Under the pieces are notes generated by a model. The model made no database searches. It was not told the origin of the DNA and worked only from the letters and a program-made list of their open reading frames with translations. A program made the position numbers and the translations under genes. From Octopus vulgaris (taxonomy: Eukaryota): DNA of 64,000 nucleotides. Location of the stretch: the NCBI GenBank assembly GCA_951406725.2, contig OX597818.1, forward strand, positions 63,116,001-63,180,000, read 5' to 3'. Of this stretch, positions 1 through 13,185 are shown one piece after another (the first letter of the stretch is position 1; every line of letters starts with the position of its first letter).

Positions 1-227
1 GACAGAAAAAAAGGCTTTCCTATCTGCATGGGAGGATAGGGAAGCCTTCTATTTTATTATCGAGGGCCTATATACCCCTATATTAGACTATGTTCCTTAG
101 TCATTGCACGGTGAACGCTATAAGCTTTAAGGTTATATAAAAATAACATTATTATTATTTACAGTATTGTAAATCACAACGCCGTAATAAAAAGAAAGAA
201 CATTCGCACAGAATGCATACACACACA

Positions 228-288
<61 letters not shown>

Positions 289-331
289 CACATATATACA
301 TACATACATACATATATATATATATACATAC

Positions 332-387
<56 letters not shown>

Positions 388-981
388 TTTGTACATACAT
401 ACGATTTTCCTACATAAGAAATATTCATTGACACGCCTTATATTACTATAAAAGGGATATGAGTATATGATGTAGATACACTAAAACCAGAGATTGTGAT
501 TTATCATAATAATAGGTTGTAGTCATCCTCCAAGAGGGATCACCGTTATGAAATTTAGATAAAATGTGATAACGATCCCCAAATGTAATAAAATACAAAA
601 TGAAAACTTTCTGAAATGTCGTTGAACGTTCCTTGAAATGTAATCTCTATGCTCTGGATTTATAGGCCTTTGGAAGTAATGCATACGGTAACGTGAGCGA
701 AGAAAGAACAAAATAAACCCTGCCAGTGTAACGCAAGCCTTCACTTAAAAAGGGACTGATGAGACGAATAATATTGTGATTTTATCAAAGACATAAATAT
801 CGTCTATGGCAGAAGTCTAAAAGACGCAGAAATGTCATTCGATATGTCTGGGCACTTTAACTTCTGACTTAGAATCATACCGAGATCATACGCAGTAAAT
901 AATTAAATGCATCAGATGCAGTAAATAATTAAATAAATAAATAAATAAATGCAGTCAAGCACTGAATTCAATACTATCTAA

Positions 982-1393
982 TTCTTTATTGCTCACACGG
1001 GGCTAAATATAGAGGGGACAAACAAGGACAGACAAATTGAATAAATCGATTACATCGACCCCAGTGCTTAAATAACACTTATTTAAACGACCCCGAAAGG
1101 AAGAAAATCAAAGTCGACCTTGGCGGAATTTGAACTCAGAACGTAGCGGCAGACAAAATATCTATCTCTTTACTACCCACAAGCGGCTATACACAGAGCA
1201 GACAAACAAGGACAGACAAAGGGATTAAGTCGATTATATCGACTCCAGCGCGTAACTCGTACTTATTTAATCGACCCCGAAAGGATGAAAGGCAAAGTCG
1301 ACCTCGGCGGAATTTGAACTCAGAACGTAGCGGCAGACGAAATACCGCTAAGCATTTCGCCCAGCGTGCTAATGTTTCTGCCAGATCATCGCC
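982..1393 (-). mobile_element. tRNA-derived SINE family A, dimeric copy (body and tail duplicated)
   Basis: Reverse complement of the GGCGAGCTGGCAGAAACGTTAGCACGC head, the B-box-like GAGTTCAAATTCC and the GCCTTTCATCCTTTCGGGGTCGA core; core and tail occur twice. Confidence 0.9.
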
Positions 1394-2264
1394 TTCCCAA
1401 ACGCTAAAATCAATAATATCGAGCGACCAACTGACTCAAATAAAAGCGAGGGTCTTTATATCGAAAGAAAACTGATCGTTGGAAATTATTAGTGAGTCTC
1501 AGATCAAAAGATATTCATTTTGCAGTATTTGCACGGTAGCCTTGCAATGACAAAACATCGAAATATATAATCATCAGAGGTTTAAAGCCTTTAACAGATG
1601 TCCTGGGGTATGTGTTACAAATATGTTCGTCTTAGCTAAATACGCAGCTGGTTAGTTAAGAACATGAATACCATTTGCCCTAAAACCCTTAGCTAAACAA
1701 AAGTATATTTAGTTGCAAGAGAAAGTAAATGAAGACCATAATTTGAGTATTCAGAAATTTGGTATACCGTTGTTTGCACTGTGATTCCTAATTTTATTTA
1801 CAAGATTCTCTTTCATATAATACATGACTATAAGCTTAAGTAAGAAGAATGCATTTCATAATTACATTATACCTTCGTAGAATATATGAATGGCACATGA
1901 AACTAACATAGTTTTTGAGGTTACTTGCACTTAAGATATTATATCTGCTTCAAATAGACGAAACGCGACAGTTGGTCAGTCAAGAATATCAACATAATAT
2001 TACTTTTGCATTTGCAATCATTCATGTATTTTACATTCGGAGGAAAAAAAAATGGTTGCTTATTGAAATCGCGATACGTCAGTTTTCATATGTATGTCAG
2101 TACCACGAGTGCATATATTTGTATGAAAGTATCTAGAACTAGAACACGATATAAGAACAAAAGCACCTTAGGTTTTTATTGTTATAGATGTTCTTTAATC
2201 CCAGTTCAAACACTCTTCAGAGTTTCATCATAAACTTTCTACTCATTAAACTGAAGATATTTAA

Positions 2265-2624
<360 letters not shown>

Positions 2625-2642
2625 AATACGCTTATCACAAAT

Positions 2643-2858
2643 GCGGCGAGCTGGCAGACATGTTAGCACACCGGGCGAAATGCTTAGCAGAATTTCGTCT
2701 GTCTTTACGTTCTAAGTTCATTTTCCGGCGTGGTCGACTTTGCCTTTCATCCTTTCGGGGTCGTCAAATTAAGTACCAGTTGCGTATTGGAGTCGATCTA
2801 ATCAACTGGCCAATTTCCCCAAAATTTCGAGCCCTGTACCTAGGGTAGAAAAGAATAT
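2643..2858 (+). mobile_element. SINE family A
   Basis: GCGGCGAGCTGGCAGACATGTTAGCAC head and GCCTTTCATCCTTTCGGGGTCG core; degenerate target-site duplication (aatacgcttatcacaaat / aatatgctcgtctcatat). Confidence 0.9.
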
Positions 2859-3206
2859 GCTCGTCTCATATAAAAGAAGAAAGAACGGAATGAATGTGCT
2901 AGATCTCTCGTTGCATTGGCGTTCAGACCGAATTACCTAGTTATGTCAGTCGTTTGGTCGACACGAAAGATGTAAATCTAGATTTCACTCATCAGTATTT
3001 GCGAAAGAATATTTGCAATGTTTTACTTCCATACATGTTTCAAATAAGTAATTTAAGAAAAACCTTGTATTTACACATGCATAAATTACACACACATACA
3101 CGTGTGTGTGTGTGTGTATCTGTGTTTGTGTGTGCGTGTGTGTGAGTGTGCTTGTGTGTATGTGCGTGCGTTTGTGTGTGTGTATATCTATCTATGTATC
3201 TATGTA

Positions 3207-3250
<44 letters not shown>

Positions 3251-3484
3251 ATGATTTTTACATGAGCTCTTTGAACTTCAATTTTTTTCATAAATGATAG
3301 AATAATTGAACAAATCGTACACTCTAACGCAAATACACGAATTCTTCGAATTTATTTCTTTAATATTCTATTAAAAACTCAGGCCATTATGTTGATACTT
3401 TTATATCAGCCTTCATTAAACTGAGGTTGATAAAATATAGTATTTCTCAAACAATGGGACAACTTTAATTAAATTTCCAGCCGT

Positions 3485-3780
3485 TGCCCAGGAAGTGTAT
3501 CTGCCATTAGAAGTAAACAGACGAGGTTTCTTCGCATGTTCATTCTTGAAAATTGTGACTTCGCTTGGAGTTACAGGTGGAGAAATGAGGAGATAAATTG
3601 CACCACTGAAACTGCGGAGAAGGCCACCAGTTGGCTTTGCAAAAAGAGGATATATGAGTGGTTTGCTGCTCTTATGATGCAAGTTGGGACTTGAGCAACC
3701 CTAACCGGGTCAGCTGGGTGATGGAGATCCGATTCTGAAAGACACAAGACCCCAGAATCATGACTGATGATACTTCTCGG
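3485..3780 (+). mobile_element. 3' fragment of a HERO-clade (restriction-like endonuclease) non-LTR retrotransposon
   Basis: YLPLEVNRRGFFACSFLKIVTSLGVTGGEMRR, frameshift, then TTETAEKATSWLCKKR. This resembles the HERO C-terminus as recalled (PIEVGCRGF..LGITG..TTEAAERASRWLWxKR). The downstream CCGGGTCAGCTGGGTGA..GAAAGAC..GACCCCAG..ACTGATGA resembles the HERO 3' UTR. Confidence 0.7.
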
Positions 3781-4674
3781 AATATCTGCAAAATATAGTT
3801 TCAAACGAAGCTATTGAAAACTGTATATATTTATATTTTGTCTCTAACATAGACTGTTGCCATGCTGGGGCATCACTAGGACAGAATAGTTAGAACGTCA
3901 CTCAAGACACCTAGCGATATCTCTTTCGACTCTGTATACACTAGGTTCAAAGTCTATCGAAGGTAATTAAACATTCATCGATAAGGTTTCGATAAATTAT
4001 AACACGTTTCAAAACATGGGTTCGATATAATGAAATATTCTGACTCAAACTACCCAACAAAATCTGGCCCTGTTCCAAAATTAGAAACTATTGTTCAAAG
4101 GGTTAGTTTTAAATGGAAAAGATAATCATTAGTATTTGCTAAGATTCTCTATAAAAGTACACATACGACAATAATTATCGAGATATTTCGAAGAAATGTT
4201 TGCCAGAAATATTTGTTCAGGAAAGAAAAAAAATTAGGTAAACAAATATGCAGAGCAGAACAATAAGTATATAGACAGTTTGATTATATTTTAAATTCTT
4301 ATTGATTTTATAACACTATTTACAGATATTATATTAAAGTCATTTATTTCTCAGAAATAGACCTAATATATCATTAAATGGACTTTAATACAGCAAAACA
4401 TCTGAAGTGTTATAAATGGAAAATGCTATTTAAATACTGCTTCTAATTTGAGGACAAGGTTGAGTATGTTAGTCTCGCTATACATTACTAAATTGTTCTT
4501 TATCGAATGATTGATCGGTGAAGTAGAGTACCACTTTCTATAACATAGACGCGTTTATACAGACAACAATATTTCATAATATAATTTGAATAATGAAATC
4601 ATGTCCGTGTAAAAATGTGTCGAAATTAATAGTCTCACGGGAGAAAGCTTTTGTATACTTCATAATTTATTTAA

Positions 4675-4708
<34 letters not shown>

Positions 4709-4710
<2 letters not shown>

Positions 4711-5091
4711 TTTACTCTTTTACTCTTTTACTTGTTTCAGTCATTTGACTGCGACCATGCTGGAGCACCGCCTTTTAGTCGAGCAAATCGACCCCGGGAC
4801 TTATTCTTTGTAAGCCCAGTACTTATTCTATCGGTCTCTTTTGCCGAATCGCTAAGTGACGAGGACGTAAACACACAAGCATAGGGGGACAAACACAGAC
4901 ACACAAACACACACACACACATATATACGACAGGCTTCTTTCAGTTTCCGTCTACCAAATCCACTCACAAGGCATTGGTCGGCCTCGGGGCTATAGCAGA
5001 AGACACTTGCCCAAGATGCCACGCAGTGGGACTGAACCCGGAACCATGTGGTTGGTTAGCAAGCCACTTACCACACAGCCACTCCTGCGCC
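4709..5091 (-). mobile_element. tRNA-derived SINE family B
   Basis: Reverse complement of GGCGCAGGAGTGGCTGTGTGG..GGTTCAGTCCC..TTGGGCAAGTGTCTTCT, internal (TG)n, and tail CCAGCATGG..CAGTCAAATGACTGAAACAAG(TAAAAGAG)n. Confidence 0.92.
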
Positions 5092-5169
5092 TATATATAT
5101 ATATATATATATATATATAAGTGTGTGTATGTGTGTATACACATGTGTGTGTTTGTGTACACAGGTATA

Positions 5170-5408
5170 TATTTATCTCTTGTCTCTAACTTGGTTCAGT
5201 CATTAGACTGCTGCCATGCTGGGGCACAAATTTGATGCATTTTTTGTCGAAAGCGTCGAACCCATGACTTATATTTGTTTAAGCCTGGTTATCTTTTAAC
5301 CCTGGTACCTTGCGCCATGATAGAGGCGCTATGATAGAGGGACGTAAACACACCACCGCTCTTTGTTAAGCGGGGAGGTAAAAAACACAGACACAAATAC
5401 TCACCACG

Positions 5409-5444
<36 letters not shown>

Positions 5445-5580
5445 CATACACACACTCAAAAACACACACACTGATATAAATATATACAACAGGTTTCTTT
5501 CGGTTTCAATCTACGAAATCCACTCAAGAAGTTTGGGCCAGCCTGAATCTATAACAGAGTTCACTTTCCCAAGCTATCAC
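5170..5580 (-). mobile_element. Degenerate SINE family B
   Basis: Diverged match to the family B tail and body, including the CA tract. Confidence 0.75.
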
Positions 5581-5969
5581 ATGCGTATGTTTTTATGTGT
5601 ACCTGTGTAAAGATATGTATAATTTTTACGAATTCTGCCTCCTTATTTCTTCCCTATTTTTATTCTTCCAACTCTCCCAGTTTCCCATTAAACCTAATTC
5701 ATTACTATTACGCTTTTTGTTAACAAACTCTGAATGAAAGCCATTACCGCACTACCTTTGGTCTCTTGTAACACTTTTGTTGTCAACAACATTGCGAATT
5801 ATTAATAAATCTGTGTGTTATAAAACATTACTATATTGGCTCATGATATTCGAAAGATAAACAGCAATGCTGAACGATATATTAATGCTGAATGCAGTGG
5901 TGTTGCTAGAAAGGTAATTCCTTAACTCTCTTAACATTCCAATACATCTTTGGACAATCACTTACTACA

Positions 5970-6380
5970 GGCGCAGGAGTGGCTGTGTGGTAAGTAGCTT
6001 GTTTACCAGCCACATGGTTCCGGGTTCAGTCCCACTGCGTGGCATCTTGGGCAAGTGTCTTCTACTATAGCTTCGGGCTGACCAAAGCCTTGTGAGTGGA
6101 TTTGGTAGACGGAAACTGAAAGAAGCCCGTCGTATATATGTATATGTATATATATGCGTGTGTGTGTTTGTGTGTCTGTGTTTGTTCCCCTAGCATTGCT
6201 TGACAACCGATGCTGGTGTGTTTATGTCCCCGTTACTTAGCGGTTCGGCAAAAGAGACCGATAGGATAAGTACTGGGCTTACAAAAGAATAAGTCCCGGG
6301 GTCGAGTTGCTCGATTAAAGGCGGTGCTTCAGCATGGCCGCAGTCAAATGACTGAAATAAGTAAAAGAGTAGAAGAGTAT
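5970..6380 (+). mobile_element. SINE family B, full length
   Basis: GGCGCAGGAGTGGCTGTGTGGTAAG head with A/B-box-like motifs; ends GTAAAAGAGTAGAAGAGT. Confidence 0.93.
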
Positions 6381-7566
6381 ATATAGTTACAATCCCTTAT
6401 TCCAATCACATCGATGTTTCCATAAAGGTTTTGCAAATAATTCCATAATCTCTATTCTGCTGCTTCATGTATTATAGCGAGTTTTACTATAAGATTGCAA
6501 TGCACTGAAATGAATGCCTAAAAAGCTTAACTATTTGCGGAATGATATACTAAGATATATTTTCTTCGTTTGTCGCACGATTGTAATATGGAATCATGGT
6601 GTTTCATTTAAATGAACTAATCTGTAAGTACATTACTCTTGACCACGTATATGTATGATCGACCTCCTTTTAGATAACGTAACTTAGATCATAGCAACAT
6701 TTATTCCTATAGATTCTCAATACAAAAGTCCGGTAACCTGTGATTTGAGCTAACCCTGTTATGATCATAATGATTGCATTTTCCCTTCCTGCTACGTTCC
6801 AACTTTCTCATTAACGGCAGGAATATTAAAATCTAAGATCTTCTATTCAGTGACATTTCAATTTTGTGTCGGAACACAGGGCAAAAGTTACAACTTCTTA
6901 CTTCACATTGTTTTGCACACAATATTTTGGGTTAGAGAAAATTTTCAATTCCGTTACTGCATAATTATATGTCTGGATCCAAATGTGAGTATATACTAGT
7001 TGTATCTAGTATCGCCGTTATATAGAAATAGTTTCGATATCATTACCGTTACTTGGGCTTCCAATATAAACCATATCTTTGGAAAAGTAAAGCCATTTAA
7101 AAGAAATTATTAAACATTTCCGCTTTTGCAGATTGCTTTTCGGAGTTTAGGTCGGGTAATGGTTATTCGATAATAGTTTGAAGAATTTAAGCATATTAGA
7201 AAGCAAGCAATGGCAGAAACTGTGATCGAATATCATTTTTATTTTTCACACAATGGCATAGTATTGTTGTTTTTATTGTACCAGGCTTAAAAAATAGTAA
7301 TTACGGAGTTCGGTTTTTTGCAGAAAAATTTTGTCCAAAGCGCTGTACAATTATGGTTGCAGTTTAATGACTAAAGCAAGATAATAATAAAAAATTAATA
7401 CAATTCTTCTGAAAGTCGGCCCATATCAGTTGCTGTTTCAAATAAGATCAAATTTTAGGGAAATATTTTGATGTTATCGTTTTAAAACTCTAATCTACGT
7501 ATATCGAACGTTAATCTGACGACGACTTACTGCAATGTGTGGATCGTTATTTTCAAACGCTATTCA

Positions 7567-7784
7567 TCTATTCTTTTATTTGTTTCATTATTTGACTGCC
7601 GCCATGCTGGAGCACCGCCTTTTACTCGTACAAATCAACCCCAGCATTTATTCTTTGCAAGCCTAGTATTTATTCTGTCTGTCGCTTTGCCGAACCCCTA
7701 AGTTACGGGGACATGAAGACACCAGCATCCATTATGAAGCTATATTGGGGCGGGGGACAAACACAGACACACAAAAATACACAT

Positions 7785-7835
<51 letters not shown>

Positions 7836-8012
7836 ACACACATATATATATATACGGCAGCCTTCTTTCAGTTTCCATCTACGGAATCCAGGCTATAGAA
7901 GTAGGCCCGAGGCTATAGTAGAAGACACCTGCCCAAGGTGCCACGTGGTGGGACTGAACCCGGAACCATGTGGTTAGTAAGCAAGCTGCTTACCACACTG
8001 CCACTCCTGCGC
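7567..8012 (-). mobile_element. SINE family B
   Basis: Same family, with an expanded (CA)n tract. Confidence 0.9.
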
Positions 8013-9089
8013 CTATGTGCATGTGTAAATTGCTGGGATTTAAAGACTATATTTTGAAATTTGAGGTTTCCTTCACCGAGGGACAAATATGTAAATATTT
8101 AAAGAAGCGCGTTTTATTGGTTACAGAGTGTATCGTGTGATTCTTGTTTATGTAATGCCTTACACGAGCTTAAGGAAACATAACAGTGTACAATTAGGTT
8201 TAGACTTGAAAATCCATAATACAGCCATGTGGTTCTTTCAAAATATCAATATAGCAATTTGCGGGGAAATATTTCTTTTGCATTAACACTCTTGGATATG
8301 GGATTGTGTATGCTAGGCGGAAAAAGACAATTATATATAGACGGATAAACGCAAACATATTTAGATTCGTACGGACAGAAACGTCACTCATATAAACATT
8401 CTTATAATCATATATATTTTGCGTATTTCCGTTTATTGTATGACAAATTTCGTAAAAAAATATCTTTTCTGTATAATTATGATTAACTACTTATTTTACT
8501 CGAAGGTACGTTTCGGTAGTCATTGAAATAGGATGTAATGTAATTCATCTGATGCAAAATAATCAACCACTGTGTTTTACGTGATGAAAGAAAACAAAGG
8601 ATATACGAAAGATGCAGCTGAACACACAAAGCGAAGCATATGCCGAAAAATCAACATGAGTGCATTGCTCTCTTTTCTATACTAATATCATATTTTCTTT
8701 TGTTCTGCACAAATGCATTCCTTATTTCTAAACACAAATATATTTTCTAAGCAAACCGTTGCCAATTCGTAAGAATCCTTTGTCTATATATCTATTCAAT
8801 CAACCCGCGCGACCGAACACTCTGGCATTGCGTACTTAGTTCTTCCTTGGCTTCTCAAAATCAGGAAAAAAAATTAATAGGCAGGATATCATTCTAAAAA
8901 TACAGTTACGATAACGTCCTGAAAATATATGTTTTATTTAAAATGATCACTAGAGAGAATAGAGACCTTATTTTAATCTAGTCACTTTTATAGGTTTGAG
9001 TATTAAACAAATTGATAGACACAAATGCGTTTGCGGCAGCACAGATGCTAATAAACACAATATCAAAACATCCATTTGTATGATGTATA

Positions 9090-9640
9090 TCTCTCTCTCC
9101 TCTCTTTATCTCTCCCTCTCTCTCTCTCTATCTATCTATCTATATATATATCAAACTATATATCTATCTATCTGTCTATCAATCTCCATAAATTTCTATT
9201 TATTTATCGATCTACACACCCACCTACCTACCTACCTACCTACCTACCTACCTACCTACCTACCTACCTATCTACCTACCTACCTACCTACCTACCTACC
9301 TACCTACCTACCTACCAACCTATCTTCCTACCTACCTAACTATCTATCTGCCTACCTATCTATTCATCTATCTATCCATCTGTCTATGTACTCACCTACC
9401 TACCTACCTACATAATACATACTTACCTACCTACCTACCTATCTATCTATCTATCTCTCTATCTCTCTATCTACCTTCCTATCTATTTATCTATCTATCC
9501 ATCTATTTATGTGTTCGCCTACCTACATGCTACCTACTTACCTACCTACCTACCTACTTACCTACCTGACTATTTATCTATTTATGTATTAGCAATCTAT
9601 CTATGTATGTATCTATCTATTTACCATTTAGCTATCTATC
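9090..9640. repeat. (CCTA)n/(CTAT)n compound microsatellite
   Basis: Tetranucleotide runs seen directly. Confidence 0.95.
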
Positions 9641-11059
9641 TCTCGTATAAGAATGTGAATACATGTATAATCACAAATGCTATATGCATAAACATACATA
9701 TACACATGCATACACACACATATATATATATATATAGAGAGAGAGATATGCATGTGTTCATAGCAACATCAACATGTATATACACAATTAACTATACGTA
9801 AATAGAAATAAAATATATGATTCCAGTATACATTTCTTGTAAACCCGAGGCTTAAAGGCAAGATATTGATTGCGGGATTAGAAATTTAAAAGATTATTAA
9901 CCATCAAGCGTTTGCAACGATAAATAAACGTTTACCGTTTGATTTTTTACGAATAATATATACTTTACTGCTTATTTTATACATTTATTCTTTGGTTTTA
10001 ATTGTTTAACTGTCTTTTTGTTTACCTACACACATCTTTCCTTCCTCCTTTCCCTTCTTTAGTTCGTTCTTTATTTCTTTCAAGCAAATGAAGTATTTAA
10101 AACTGATTGATGTTCAACTGGCATTCCACTTCAATTTGGTTGAAGGCTGAATAGTATTGATTCGACGTCTGTTATAAAGAAATCTCTATTGACAGAACTT
10201 TATAACTTGACTAACAATGCTGAATTTGTGTGATTCAAGATTTGATTTAACAAGCGTAAATTCCGTTAGCCTCATCTCATGTTGCTGCTGCCTAGAAAAG
10301 TAGCTTTCTGTATGATTTACGCTGAGGATAAAGCTAAGTATATAGGGAATCATTTGATTTATCTATTTATCTGTATATTTATTTGTTTGTAGTATATTTA
10401 TTCAGCACAAACAGTATAGATTTAAGAACAGATGTTTTTTGTTACTCTTTTTTATTTCTGTCTTATCTGACAGAAAACAAGGAATATACAAAACTGGCTT
10501 TTCACGTAGAATGAAAATAATTGTCTTCGTTAATCTTACTGATGGTATTGACAGGATATTAAATAAATAAATACAGAATAAGAAACGTTCAGTTATTTAT
10601 TATCTAGATAACGACGAAAGAAATATGTTTAGTTAATTTAGCACGAAATAAATTCTGTACTTTGCGCACAATTCTTCCATTCGTTTTCGCTATATCGTTT
10701 ATTTCCCTTTAAAATGACTCCTAAAAATCTATTAAATTTGCAGAAGGAATGAGGACTTTTGTTTTAGAACAGTATATTATTTTTATGTAGTTTTCTTTTT
10801 TTCTTTTCAAGATGAATATTCGTTGGAAATATAATGATTATTAAAATTCGAAATTAAAAAGAAATATTTGTTGAATATATTATGAATATCGTTTTTTCTA
10901 ACACACTGAACATAGAAAATTATATTCTAAATCTCAAATTTAAACTGACACGTATTCAAATAAATTTAATGATCATAAAATTTCTATTAGAATTATACAA
11001 CGCCAGGCATGAAGACACACTTATACGCAAACCAATTAGAGGTACCGCACATACACACG

Positions 11060-11128
<69 letters not shown>

Positions 11129-11385
11129 GTATTTATATATATATATAGATACACATATTCTTCGCGTCTATATACTGTAAATACTTGGACTGTTTAATAA
11201 ATATTGTCATCATATTTTATCTGGCCTCTTGAAATCTATCTGTACCCACCATCTATTCAGTTCGTCGCAATTATATATTTTTTCAATAATTTCCTATTAA
11301 CAAATGTGGCAATATAACATCTGTTTAAGAGTTTCCATTCTCATGTCAAGATTGTTAATGACATTCAGAAATATTGCGCACGTAA

Positions 11386-11494
11386 GCACACACATAAGAC
11401 CTCACAATACACACCTGTGCATACACATAAGACCTCACAATACACACCTGTGCACACACATAAGACCTCACAATACACACCTGTGCATACACAT
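11386..11494. repeat. 33-bp minisatellite, about 3.3 copies
   Basis: Unit GCA(C/T)ACACATAAGACCTCACAATACACACCTGT. Confidence 0.95.
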
Positions 11495-11836
11495 TCAAAG
11501 ACACACGCACACATATATCGTTTGTTTTCTCCGCAAGAACAAGATTTTCTTGTAATACACAATAAAGTATGCGACACTTCACGCCTTATGATGAAGTTCA
11601 CCTAGGATCGAAGCCGAGTTAACTCCATGATCTATACCTTTGTATTGATATGTGCTTATGAATATATTCAAATATAATTATGTGAGTAGATGTATTATGT
11701 GTTTGCCTGTATGTGTGCATCTGGAAGCGTGTATGTGCGTAGATATATGTGTGTATGTATATGTGTGTTCATTTGTGTATATATACGCGTATGCATGTGT
11801 ACGTATGCACATATATAGTGTGTATGTATACATTGG

Positions 11837-11908
<72 letters not shown>

Positions 11909-12765
11909 GTATGCATGTATTGATATGTTATGTATGTATGCATACGTACACACACATACATAGCTCTTGGCAATTTTTAGTGTGTGTAAATAAGCGTATA
12001 TGAATACATAATGTTCACTATCGATTAATAAATGATTTAATCACTTTTATTAACTCAAAACCGTTTGTTATAAGAAGCATTGCTCTCCTGAGGCCTTGAA
12101 CGATATCAAATAACTTCTTTGGAGCCATTTATATGTGTATAATATATCACACACACACAGGTACACATATGTATGTCTACAGATTTCAATAGGAGAGTTT
12201 ATTGAATGCTTGTAAAATGAATTACCTCTTTAGAAATTGCAGGTACAAAATCAGAAGTAAATTATAATTTCGTGAAATAACAGTACTCCCTAATGAAATA
12301 TATTTAGTTGTGATACTTACCTGAAGGAAACATGTATACCTGTAAGTGCAAGTTCTAAAAATAATATTGAAATCTGAGCCTCAAAATGACCATTGCATTT
12401 TGGAAATTATGTCTAAGAAATCCGCTCGCAATCTTTGCTACACTCAAACTTTGACAAAGTTACATTTACAGAAGTTTACATATGGAGTATGAGTGTATGC
12501 AACAATTCGCAAATCATCCTTTATATAACTTCTGGCACATCGAGGCAACAATAAACAGCAATGAATACAATTTATCCGCAGGCTTTAATATATTCAGAAC
12601 AAGTTTTCAGAAGAAATACCTTAACCAACTTCTTTCTTCTCTCTAAAGTCTCATAAGTATATTGCTAGTCGCAGGATATATAATTAAAGATATTTTATTC
12701 CGATTTCTCAAACGTTTTCTACATTTACTTGAAGTAAGTTACAGGCGATCCCACTAACTCTCATA

Positions 12766-13185
12766 CCTATTTCTTTACTACCCACAAGGAGCTAAACACA
12801 CAGAGAGGACAAACAAGGACAGACAAACGGATTAAGTCGATTATATCAACCCTAGTGCGTAACTGGTACTTATTTAATCGACTCCAAAAAGATGAAAGGC
12901 AAAGTCGACCTCGGCGGAATTTGAACTGAGAACGTAGCGACGGGCGAGAACCTATTTCTTTACTACCCACAAGGGGCTAAACACACAGAGAAGACAAACA
13001 AGGACAGACAAACGGATTAAGTCGATTTATCAACCCTAGTGCGTAACTGGTACTTATATAATCGACTCCAAATAGATGAAAGGCAAAGTCGACCTCGGCG
13101 GAATTTCAACTCAAAACGTAACGGCAGACAAAATACTGCTAAGCATTTCGCCCGGCGTGCTAACGTTTCTGCAAGCTCGCCACCT
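12766..13185 (-). mobile_element. SINE family A, dimeric copy
   Basis: Two tail+core units and one head; same junction as the copy at 982-1393. Confidence 0.92.

Noticed and set aside
133-434. YIYI, VCVC, HTHT, TYLP, poly-L/I/M ORFs here and throughout the window
   Set aside because: They are translations of microsatellites, not genes.
750-775. CTGATGAGACGAATA as a hammerhead
   Set aside because: No stem II, no GAAA and no flanking stems.
3416-3804. Minus-strand ORFs and an acceptor-like site as a host exon
   Set aside because: Better explained as the antisense of the HERO fragment.
11386-11494. 33-bp repeats as a CRISPR array
   Set aside because: Head-to-tail copies with no spacers, in a eukaryotic context.
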